64,000 nt of DNA, from contig NC_092670.1 in assembly GCF_964355755.1 (NCBI RefSeq), positions 6,190,201 through 6,254,200 of the forward strand, read 5' to 3'. The position numbers and the translations under genes were made by a program. Below the pieces are notes generated by a model. The model had not been told where the DNA came from, did not search any database, and worked only from the letters and a program-made list of their open reading frames with translations. Positions 12,791 through 24,500 of the stretch are shown here, in pieces (position 1 is the first letter of the stretch; each line of letters opens with the position of its first letter). Source of the DNA: Antedon mediterranea. Taxonomy: Eukaryota > Animalia > Echinodermata.

Positions 12791-13509
12791 GAAGATGCAA
12801 CATCAGATGATGTATGATTGACTGTAACAAATGCCCATGCAGCTGGTTTTTATTATCATCATCAGTGCAATTGTACACAATTAAAGAGATTCTGCCCAGG
12901 CTACTGAGCGACTCAAAGATGTTTCTCCTGCATTTTTACCATTTGATTCTATATGCCTAGCAATATGTGCTCAAATTTGAGCCATAATTGAAAATTCTAA
13001 AACTACAGTATTCAAGCTTTCAGAGCTGCGTGAAACCTAATGTGCGATAATGGATACCGCGAAAACAAATTCTGGCGCAACTCTAAGACCACATTTTCAG
13101 CTTTCTTCCTGAATGGAATGAATTCTCAACACAAAATTACGGTAGAACAGATACATTACCAAGAACCAATAGCAGTGCAATGGTGCACTAACAGAGTGAT
13201 ACGTCCAACCTAGACAAGCTCGTCCAAACCGAAATTGGTACAGATGCCAGAAATGAAGGTACAGTAAAAGTATATAGGCCTACTGTACAGGTAATTTTAG
13301 CCAGAAGTTTACTGCATTGGGCAATTACCAACACACCATTTTACTTACCTGGATTTTACTTTACATTTAGATTGCCAGTATTTATAAAGAAGATATTGAA
13401 TTCTGTGTTTATATTTGTGTTGTTCTGGGTAAACAAACTTTACCTTGCCAGCCAGCTACAGTACACTCATTTCATCTAATTGTAGTCATATTTAAAGTAA
13501 CAACAACTG

Positions 13510-14050
13510 TCTGAGAGAGGAAGATGACCGCGAAGGGTTTAGAATATGGATACCAACTCAAACAGCAGGCCTTTGAAACTGAGCGTAGGAAGTTGAGAAG
13601 AATGATTGTAGCAGTTAGTGATGCCCAGAGCAATAATAGGTGGTTTTTCGTCAAACCTATTCTCAATTATTATCTCTTTTAGATAAAGAGGAATCAGCTA
13701 CCTGCCACAGTATTATTGTTGAATTTATACACAGTAAAGTAAAAGTGCAAAAGACAGCGGAAAAAAGTCATTTAACAGTAGGGATCGAGAAAATGAAAGC
13801 GAAAGTTTGATTCGATCTCATTCCTCAAGGTATTCTTCTTATTCTAAAACTTCAAGGCATTTTTCTCATTTTTCAGGCTACAAGAAGAAGCCAAAGCTGC
13901 ATCGATAAAAGCAAAACTAGTAAGATTGAGAAGCTCAAAATTAATAGAGGAGCAGCAGAGCAGAAACTTAAAATAGAAGAGGCGGCAACCGTAGTCGAGT
14001 AAAAAAAAAGTTGGCAAAAAGAGAAGCTATCTAGAAGTCTTGACAAGGGA
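13510..14050 (+). mobile_element. Possible BEL/Pao LTR-retrotransposon gag N-terminal relic
   Basis: RKMTAKGLEYGYQLKQQAFETERRKLRR followed by a degraded E/K/A-rich coiled-coil-like stretch. Many stops. Confidence 0.3.
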
Positions 14051-14177
14051 AATTAGTATCTTTAATGTCACTTGCATCAGTCGGAAGGTTAAAATACTTT
14101 CAGTTACCATATGCAGTGAAAAGTGGAAATGGAAACATTTATTTTAAGTTTTCTTGTGTGCATCCGGTCTTGACAGA

Positions 14178-14629
14178 AAACAGGACAAGCAGATAGTAAT
14201 CTGTTTGTTAAACAGGACAAGCAGATAGTAATCTGTTTGTTAAACAGGACAAGCAGATAGTAATCTGTTTGTTAAACAGGACAAGCAGATAGTAATCTGT
14301 TTGTTAAACAGGACAAGCAGATAGTAATCTGTTTGTTAAACAGGACAAGCAGATAGTAATCTGTTTGTTAAACAGGACAAGCAGATAGTAATCTGTTTGT
14401 TAAACAGGACAAGCAGATAGTAATCTGTTTGTTAAACAGGACAAGCAGATAGTAATCTGTTTGTTAAACAGGACAAGCAGATAGTAATCTGTTTGTTAAA
14501 CAGGACAAGCAGATAGTAATCTGTTTGTTAAACAGGACAAGCAGATAGTAATCTGTTTGTTAAACAGGACAAGCAGATAGTAATCTGTTTGTTAAACAGG
14601 ACAAGCAGATAGTAATCTGTTTGTTAAAC
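14178..14629. repeat. Perfect 32-bp minisatellite, 14 copies
   Basis: AAACAGGACAAGCAGATAGTAATCTGTTTGTT repeated with no visible mismatch and no spacers. Confidence 0.97.
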
Positions 14630-14970
14630 CTGATTGGATCACATTGCTATAAAGGCAAATGCCCAGCATTTACTACAAAATGTCAAAAGGACACTATTCC
14701 AGGATGTGTCGCACAAAGCTCCATAAAATTTAAGATTCTGAACGGCAAAGAATTTGAATCAGAACAGAACTATATGTAAACACTATAAAGCAGGTTAAAA
14801 ACAACTCTACTCAAGAGATTGGCATATAAAAGCAAAGGTAATAATATTGACTTTAAACTTGATACAGGCAGTAAAGTAAACACTATGCCACAAGATGTTT
14901 TTAACATACAGGGTTAAATACTAAGGCTGAAATTAAACCAACAAAAGTAAAGCTCATTGATTATTCGAAT
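14630..14970 (+). mobile_element. Ty3/Gypsy gag-protease relic
   Basis: Degenerate Zn-knuckle (KGKCPAF..KC..GHYSRMCR), then aspartic protease motif KGNNIDFKLDTGSKVNTMPQDVF (14834-14902) and AEIKPTKVKLIDYS. Confidence 0.6.
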
Positions 14971-15558
14971 ACCACATCCCACTTTTGTTTTTCCAAGTTG
15001 TAATTTGATCTACTACTACAAGAATTAGCAAGTAGAGACACAACCGAAGAATTGAGTGGATTGCATGCTTTTTGGGTTGATTTTTCAGATGTTTCACAGG
15101 CCCACTGGTCCCTTGGACTAGGCCTACCAGGTGCACATGATGGCTCAAGCAACTAGAAAAGTTCGCACGAGAGAGTAATAAAAAGTCAAAGGGAAAGCCA
15201 GGAAAGGATAGGTCTGCTAAAAATAACAATCTATGTGGAAGCTGTTTTAAGGACGTACTTGACATTGATAAAGCTTTAGAATATAACTCAGTAGATAATG
15301 GCATCATTTTACTATAAGAATAGTTCTGATAAGCTGTATACCATCTTGACTGAACTGGAAATCAATTCGAACTTTACCTTCAAACTTGCCAAGTTTGTGT
15401 TTATTTATATTATAATCATTTAGCAATAACTATAACATTTATAAGACCATGGATACGATATAACCAGCTTTACATTCAGAAGAAGGTGATTTAATTCACA
15501 CCTGGTCTTGGAAATGCATTTTATGTTGAGTGAACTGTACTGTAGGTCTATAGAGATG

Positions 15559-18500
15559 TCAGCAACGCTCAAACACTTTATAAAGATCTGGTAGATTGGC
15601 TATTTGTAAGAAGCTTGAGGTTTCTACGAGTCTATGAGGGGGCAATAGGAGGTTTCTGAATGCTGGATACAGTACATGCTCAATAGTCCAGCTCCAGTTG
15701 TACGATGGAAACTCTTCATTTTTTTCTTTTTTATTTTCCTGAAAAAGAAATTTATTCAAAGTGAAAGATAAATTTACTTCCAAAATATTTATTAGTATTA
15801 TGTTATTTAAAATGTGTTACAGTACTTACTTTCAAAGGTAGGTCTTTCTGTACTGCATAAAAGCTACTACACTCCTGACAAAAAGTATCAAAGCACTCTT
15901 TCTCACTATCCCAGCAAACCTGTGAAATGCAAATTTGAAATAATTGGCATAAATTATGAAAATTAAATCCATACTTTATTTATACAACATGAAATATGCT
16001 AAATTCAACCAATTACATACAGGCCAACACTTCCGTTTTGGCCGGTAGACTCCCGCCTGACCTATCATTGTACTTCCAGTTTTTCACATTTTCTCCCGGA
16101 TAGCAAAGATCACTAAATGTTGATGTACACTTAAACTCAAGTCAAATTTAGATATTGCAATCAATTTAATTTTTTACCATATTGTTTAAATGACAATAAA
16201 TATTATCATATTGTATAATACCATTGTTAATCTTACCTCAGTCGCTAATCTAAGTATAAACATGGGCAAACCTTGCAAAGGAGGAACGTAATCATCAAGT
16301 AGTAAAGGTATAGAACATAACATTTCTTCCTGAAATGTAATTGATAATTGAAAAGTAATATAAAACAGTAATATTATGACATAAGATAAGTTTTCCAACC
16401 CTTACAAATAAGGAGCTTTATGAATGCAAGAAATGTAAACAGAACTGATCACAGTAGATGAAGTGAGGCAAGCCATAAGCAACAATTTAAAAACTCGGGT
16501 ACTGATCTAGATTGAGATGGTGATTTTAACTGCTCTATTTCTTTTCAGTTCAGCATCTAACAAGGCCTCTCCAAACCTAGTTTCTACAATGGTTTTAACT
16601 ATTCAAACCCCTAGACTGTGCCACATGTTCCATCAATTGTAAAAAGCAGTAAATGCTGGATGGAGCACTTTATGAATGCAAGAGAGGTAAACAGAACTGA
16701 TCATAGTAGATGAAGTGAGGCAAGCCATAAGCAACAATTTAAATCCTTGGGTACTAATGGGTATTGATTCAGATGTAATTATAGGTAATACATAGACCAA
16801 CAAAAGAGGGTAAATACAATTGCTTGCATCCAGTGCTACTGGACAGTTTACTCCAAACACGATACCATTTTAAACAACACATTCTATTTTTGTTTATAAG
16901 ACAACCTAATATCAAATAAATAGAGGCAGTATTGAAGACTTTTCTCGCACTTCTATGATATTTTGGAAATGTAATACAAGTTCTAACATACCTGGTTGAT
17001 TTCAATGGAGAAATATTCTTTCATCATTTCTGCTTTAGATGTCAGAAGATCTTTGATGTAAGTGGCTAGCTCTTCTTTGGTGCCATCAGCCTCTGTCCAG
17101 CCACTTTCATCTGATTCTAGGGCTAACATAGCAAGTTCATGTATGGGCGCTGGGGTCTACACAATGGAAATTCATTAATTACAATTTTTTAAAGTAATAT
17201 GTATTCATGTATTTTTTTAAAACTTTTTTTATTTTCAATACCATTCAGCCATGTCTATATTATTTTGAACGCCTACAATAAATCTGATGTGAATACAGTG
17301 GATAGACCTTACCACATAAACTACTGTGTAATTAATTACCTGATGCTTAAACTAAGCTACCTACTGTACCCAACTACTCGGACCTCTCTCTAGGCCTCAA
17401 AAGTACCCGAGCAGTCTAGGCTATACCGGGGCAAACAGAATTTTTAACCACTTCGCATTGGTGGCTCAGGGGCACTCCCTAAGCCTAAGTAAAACAACGA
17501 AACCAATTGGTGGATTAATGGCCTTTTAATTGCGTTTTTCTCTTCGCATCGTAGTACTTCAACTACACAACGAAGCCACTTGGTGGATAATCAACGCTTT
17601 ATTAGTCTACGGTTTCAGCAAGGTAAGCGTATTTGACTTCTCACACCTGAAACCAGGAAAAAATGTACATAACCAAAGATTAACATTTTCCGACGAAGCC
17701 TTTTGGTGGATAACTTTTCTGTTATTTTATCGGATGAATCGTTTTTTGATGTTTCTATTTTCACTTTTAACATTAACTGTATCGGTATTTTATATACCAT
17801 TGGGTTGCTGAATTCTTGGAATTCCATTTGATTGAATTGTGGATACGCTTACAATTGTATTTTGTAACGTGGACGGATACAGACGAGCTCAACACGAGCT
17901 ATTTTTCGAGCAACGCGATCTTTTTGCTGGTCAGATACGGCATACAGATAACCTTCCAATATGACTTTTAGTATGGCTTCCTTTATTATCCATGCATCAG
18001 TGCTTGTTCTTTTGATTAACAATGTGAAGCATTTTCAACTTGTTGACCAATTTTTTAACGCAACCGCCGAAGAGAGATACGACATATCAGCCATTTTTAC
18101 CAGGTGCAAACATTCCAACGCTAACTTTGCGGTCGCTGCAACAAGTGTCATTTTTGTATCGCCTGCCTATATTTACAGTTCCGGAAATTATCAAACAAGG
18201 AAGAATACGTCCCACATACACCGGACTTTTGATCTTAGAGGGAAAGGCTTACTCTTTGCTATCTTGCTTAAATGTGGTGATATTTCTCCAAACCCGGGAC
18301 CCGGAATCCATCTCAATGTGGAGGAAGACTTCAATGTTTTTAAAGAAAAGGGCCTTCACTTCATTCATCTTAACGTAAGGTCAATACTGCCAAAGATGTC
18401 TGAACTCCGCCTACTCGCAATAAAAACCAATGCAGCCGTTATCTCTATATGTGAAACTATGTTGGATAATACTGTTCCTGATGCGGAGCTCAACATTGAA

Positions 18501-21500
18501 GGATACAACGTTTTCCGTCGAGATCGAAATCGGTCTGGAGGAGGTGTTTGTTTTTTTGTCAAGGAAAGACTATCTATACGCGAACGCCGGGACCTGGATT
18601 CTGAAAGTATTGAATCAATTTGGATGGAAATTTTGCTTCCGAGGACGCGTCCTATTGTTGTTGGATCAATTTATCGTCCACCAAGTCAATCATATAAGCT
18701 ATTTATTGACTCGTTTGAAAATATATTGGCTGCTATTCGACCAGATGTCGAAGTTATTGTCCTTGGTGACTTCAATATTAATTTGAAAAATGAATCTGCA
18801 TCAATATACAAAATGTTAGAAACAACTCTTGAAACTTTTAGCTTTACCCATCTGATAAAGGAACCAACTCGAATTACTAAGTATACATCAACAGTTTTAG
18901 ATATTATCATATGTAACCATTCGCAAAAAATTTTGCAATCGGGTGTCATCCATGTAGGCATTAGTGACCACAGCCTAACGTTTTGTACTCGTAAATCTTT
19001 AAAATATAAATTTAACCAACATAAAACTATCAAAATTCGTTCACTTAAGAACTACGATGTTAATATTTTTAATGAGCAATTGACACAATCTGATTGGTCG
19101 CCTGTTCTCGATTCATCAGATGTGGACTTTGCCTGGTGCTCTTTTAAAAAAATATTTTTGTCTCTTATAAACAGAATGGCTCCTCTCAAACAGGTGCGCC
19201 TAAAACAAAAATCTGAAGAGTGGATGACACCGGAAATATTAAGTGCCATAAAAGAAAGAGACTCGATATTAAATAAGTTCAAGAATAACCCAAATAGGCC
19301 AGACCTTTACGATGCATTTCGTAAGTTACGTAATCGCATACAAAAGGACATAAAGAAAGCAAAATCTGAATGTTTTTTAAATAAGGTAGAAGTTAACAAA
19401 AATAATCCCAATAAACTCTGGAAATGCCTTAAAGATTTGGGATATAAAAATAAGCCACAAAAGGGTAGCACTGTTTCGTTAGATGTTAATGGGAATCTTT
19501 GCCATAATGAAAGCGAAGTTTCAAATTATTTCAATAAATACTTCGCAAATATTGCTTCCGATTTAATGAAGAAATTGCCTTCTCCCAGTAACCTTTTTAG
19601 TGTGGGTTCGAATGCCTTTAAAAATTACTATAATAGCAAAATCAAACATGTTTCTGGTTTTTCTCTCGAAGAAATTGACGAGAGCCTTATCGAAGAGGAA
19701 TTGAGAAATCTCAACCCATCTAAAAGTGTAGGCCTTGATCAGATTCCTGCAAAATTTCTTAGAGACGGAGCTCCTAATATTAAAATACCAATAACACATA
19801 TAATTAACCTCTCCATTAAATACGAACGTATTCCCTCGGATTTTAAACTCGCAAAAGTCACGCCCCTTCATAAAAAGAATTCCAGAACTGAGGCTAACAA
19901 TTACAGACCTATAAGCATTCTCTCCTCAGTTTCGAAAATTCTGGAGAAGGTGGTATATATACAAGTTTCCGATTACCTTGAAAGGAATCAACTTATCTAC
20001 GATCATCAATCCGGTTTTCGTAGATCATTTTCTACCGACACATGTCTTATCCATCTTAGAGATCACCTTAGAGTTCAAATGTCAAATGGTTTATTTACGG
20101 GTATGGTTTTACTCGATGTCCAAAAGGCCTTTGACTCGGTCAATCATGATATTTTGTGTAAAAAACTTAAGTATCTAGGATGCCGGTCTATCGGTTGGTT
20201 TCAAGCGTACCTGTCTGGGCGAAATCAGATTGTCGATATTAAAGGAACCAAATCAAACTCTATTGAGATTGGATGTGGAGTCCCCCAGGGTAGCCTTTTG
20301 GGTCCTCTCTTGTTTCTTATTTACGTGAATGACCTACCATCTAGTATCGAAAGTGATTGTAAAGTTGTTTTGTACGCTGACGATTGTGCAATTTTTTACT
20401 CCCATAAAGATCCAATCGCAATCCAATCTAAACTCCAAAACAATCTCGTATCATGCAATAATTGGCTGATCGACAATCAACTTTCGCTTCATATGGGTAA
20501 GACCGAATGCATCCTGTTTGGTTCTAAACGTAGATTAAGCAAAGTAAACGAATTCTATATTGATTGCTTTGGAACGACTATAAATGGATCAAAATCTATC
20601 AAATATCTAGGTATTGAGATTGACCAAAATGTATCAGGTGACGTCATTGCCCGCTCTGTTATAAACAAAGCAAACGGCAGACTGAAATTTCTGTACCGAC
20701 AATCATCATTTCTTAATTCACATTGTCGCAAAATTCTTAGTTTTGCTTTAATCCAACCGATGTTCGATTATTCGGTTTGCTCATGGTCTTCTACGGTAAA
20801 TAAAAATTTAAAATCAAAATTACAAACGACTCAAAACAAAATGGTTCGTTTTATAAAAAAGTTAGGTCCCCGATCTCATGTTGGTCAATCTCAGCTAAAC
20901 GACGTTGGTATGTTAAAAGTCCAAGACCGTGTCGAATTTCTTAGAGCCTGTCATGTTTTTAAAATATATAATCATTGTTGTCCACCTTATTTATGCAATC
21001 GTTTTATTAGAATTTCAGACAGTCATAATTACAATACTAGGGGATGCAATTTTAATTTTAGAATCCCAACTATCAAGCCAATGGCACATGTGACCTTTTT
21101 TTACAATGCTATTAAAGAATGGAATAATTTACCAATTAACATTAAGGAATCACAAACTGTTTGTTGTTTTAAAAGTAAAGTTAAAAAGTATCTACAGGAA
21201 CGTTCACTAGCTCTAGAAACTTTAAATTAGCGCTTCTTCTTTTTTCGATTGTCCTTTTTGCTGTTTTTTGTCATTTTTATTATGTTGCTTTGTTTGTCTT
21301 TTTTGCTGTTCTTTCAAAGGACCTCATTGGAAACAAGTCCGTAGAGGACTTTTATGAGTTATCCTTGGCATCCTTGTTTTATATTGGTATTTTTATATTT
21401 GTCAATTTTAATTGTATGTCTGTGATATTTTATGTACTGATGCCGAAATAAATCAAATCAAATCAAATCAACTAGAAGTGGACGCCTTTAAGACCATAAA

Positions 21501-24500
21501 AAGTATCCACTTACGAAAGTAGGCCACATTACAGAATTTTGCAACACTCTCAATGCAAAAGACATTCAATTTTTCATAAATTTCTTTAAAAACTTAATTA
21601 TTTACAAAGGGTACATTTTTATACAAGAAATTGAAAATGTTAAATCAAAAATTGTGGAAACATACCAATAGGTATCAAAATTAAAAAATAACAGACTTTT
21701 GAGGGCATGTTCATTATGGGGTAACAGTTCACAATGGGAGATTCAACAATATAGTATACAATATATTTTAATAAAACAATTTAAATTAAAATTGTTACTA
21801 CCCTAGATGGTACGCTCGCTTCGCTCGCGCACCATCTAGGTCGTGCCCACATATGGTTCTCGAATACATAATAATTTCAGCGTTAAAAAACTGACAATTT
21901 CAAATGTACGTACAATAATACATGTCGTTTACAGAAACGAATAAATAGACACTGATTTATGTACTCAACTAAAATTAGCACCCTGGGAATTACTTCCGAA
22001 AGAGAAACTTGTCACAAAATGAGACCAATTGTTGGTTTTCAATTGTTTCTTAGAGCCAATTCATACTTAAGTTGGTTCCTACCCTACCCACCAAAGTTGT
22101 TTTGCGTTTAGGGCATATGATGCACCGTTGGCCTATCAGGCTCTATTATGGCTTTACAACGCTACTCATGCCAGTGAGGGAAGGGTGATGATATGGGTGG
22201 TTTAACTGCAATAATAAAGATTTGTACATAATAAATATACGGCGACTGAAAACGCTAGCACCAGCTCATTATCCGTTTAAAAAAAATTATATCCAACCTC
22301 TGCAGCACAGATTGAAAAACAAATGGATCGAATTTCTGTTATGAGTATACAGTACTTTCCTTTACGACGCCTGATGGAATAGACACTTGTGGAACGACAG
22401 AGATTGGAATGTTCCATTCATTGCAAATCAATACATTTGTATAAACGTATATTAAAAATCTATCAAAATAGTATTTTTTTAAGAAAATTGGCCTGTCTTC
22501 AACATCATGATATTGTACTCGAGCTGTTCAACCGGTTTTCAGCTATTAAAAACAATTATCGTAGGAGGAGATAGGAAAATGCGAAGCCTCCTCGAATTTT
22601 TGTGGCAGGTATTTTTCAAGATTGACATCCATTAGACAGTGTATACCACGATCGGAAAACACCCCTATTGGGGGCAAATCGTTGAACCTAAATTCGTTTT
22701 ATCTAACTTAATTTAATTAGTAAACAGGGTTAGATCAGGTGGTTAAAATCAGTACCGAAAGTACGAACCAACTTTATATACCATCGAGTAAAAATTCTAA
22801 AAGTAAGGCGCGATTTACCGAATTTTGCCCTTACGTAAATTTATATATAGATTTACTTACAGAAAGTCGCATAAAGCCAAAGTTTCCAAAATCGAATAAT
22901 AGAAGTTGATGAAAAAGCTCTTTGCTAGAAAAAAAATCAGAGAAATATATATATTCAAATATAAATAAATGTTACTATTTATTTGTAAATATATCCCTTT
23001 TATTGAAAAATGTCTTAATATTACAATACCTCAGTTTTGCAGTGTCAACTAAATACAGTTTGGTCTGATGTTGTAACAGTGCATGCTGGGAGCTGACACA
23101 GCCAACAAATGTATGGTGTTTGACAATTTCTCTCAGACCTAAAATACATAGAATTAATTAACTCATATAAATATACACATTTAGTTTAAATTTTTTTTTT
23201 AAACCATATTTAATGAGGGTGATCCATCCAGCTGTTGCTGATCATTAGGGACCCTCAGAGGTTCACAAGACAAACATATACACATATATTACAAGTCTTT
23301 GGGAGTGGGGTAATTTGGTCCTTAGAAAAAATCCTGACATGTGACGGGACTTGAACCCAGGACCCTTTATACATTATACATACATATACATTATACATAC
23401 ATATACATTATACATACATATACATTATACATACATATACATTATACATACATATACATTATACAGACCTTATATTATTTTTATTATTTAATTCCTTTAT
23501 TGCATCAAGTAAGCAGTGATGGTGTTGACATAAATATAATAGTAAATATGTAAACACATAGTATAACACAGTCCAAACAAGTAATACTAAAATAAATCAT
23601 AGTCCACAAATCAGTCTTTCAATGGCCATCATAGTACATCCAGTAACACAAACCAATAGGGGTTCACAATTTGCTTATCATAACTCAGTTACTGATCATT
23701 CACCAATCATTGAAAACTCCGTGGAAAGTAATGAAGTTTTTTGTGCGTTGTGTCCGGACTTTGGGGAGGGTGAACGATCTAACGCGTCCTTGATTTAACC
23801 TTGATTTATAAATATAAGAGGAGAGCTCCTAATGGCTCTCCTCAATATGTTGAGGAGAGCCATTATTTTGATTAAGTATTCGAGGCACAGGCCCACCATG
23901 GTTGGGCCTGTGGCGAGCCGAATTTTGATAAATGACACCTCTAGATGGCCGGAAATGGTACTCTCGCACGTAAAATTCATCGTAGGTCATTGTTCTCTGA
24001 ACGTAGTCTACGATGTATTGTTATGATAATTATCTACGCGTCGATCGTAGGGTGGTTCGTAGGGTTAGTAAACAAATGTCATCGCCTTTAGAAGCATTGA
24101 CAATGCAAACAAACAATGTATTGTTTGCTAATTAAAATCCTATCTAAAGATAGTAGACGTCAATTTTTGTAGCCACCCTAGCTAGGCCTACGCATCGGTT
24201 ATCCTAATTTGGACGAAACTCCGCTGACGAGACGACATCGGGTCCGTGGACCTCTCAGCTCATGCAGAGAGAGAGAGAGTCGAGGCTATCTATCTAGTCT
24301 AGGCGGCCTACACTATAAATTATTTAATCCTACCTTGTCCTTGGGTCAGCGAATTATAAAAACAACGACACCTAGGCTAGGACACCAACAAAATATATGC
24401 AAAATAAATATATATTCCATATTAATTACTATAAGATTTAACATAAAGGCGACATGTGTATAAGAAAAGGCCCGACCAGAATTTGGAGGGGAAAACATGT

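Noticed and set aside
14178-14629. CRISPR-like array (32-bp palindromic repeats)
   Set aside because: Units are contiguous with no unique spacers, there are no cas genes, and the context is eukaryotic.
14954-15400. Short minus-strand ORFs and a plus-strand CGSC...WHH PHD-like trace
   Set aside because: MLH1 already ends at 15559. The PHD-like trace is frameshifted and too degraded to call, and is probably a TE remnant.
16412-16760. ~100-bp direct repeat in an MLH1 intron as an alternative exon
   Set aside because: No similarity to MLH1 and no splice sites. It looks like a duplicated scrap of LINE-like sequence.
18040-20178. Overlapping alternative-frame and antisense ORFs within the LINEs (also 57272-59151)
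   Set aside because: These are expected shadows of long coding frames, with no motifs of their own.
22200-22575. Possible hAT dimerisation-domain relic
   Set aside because: Only faint similarity across several frameshifts, with no matching TIR pair found.
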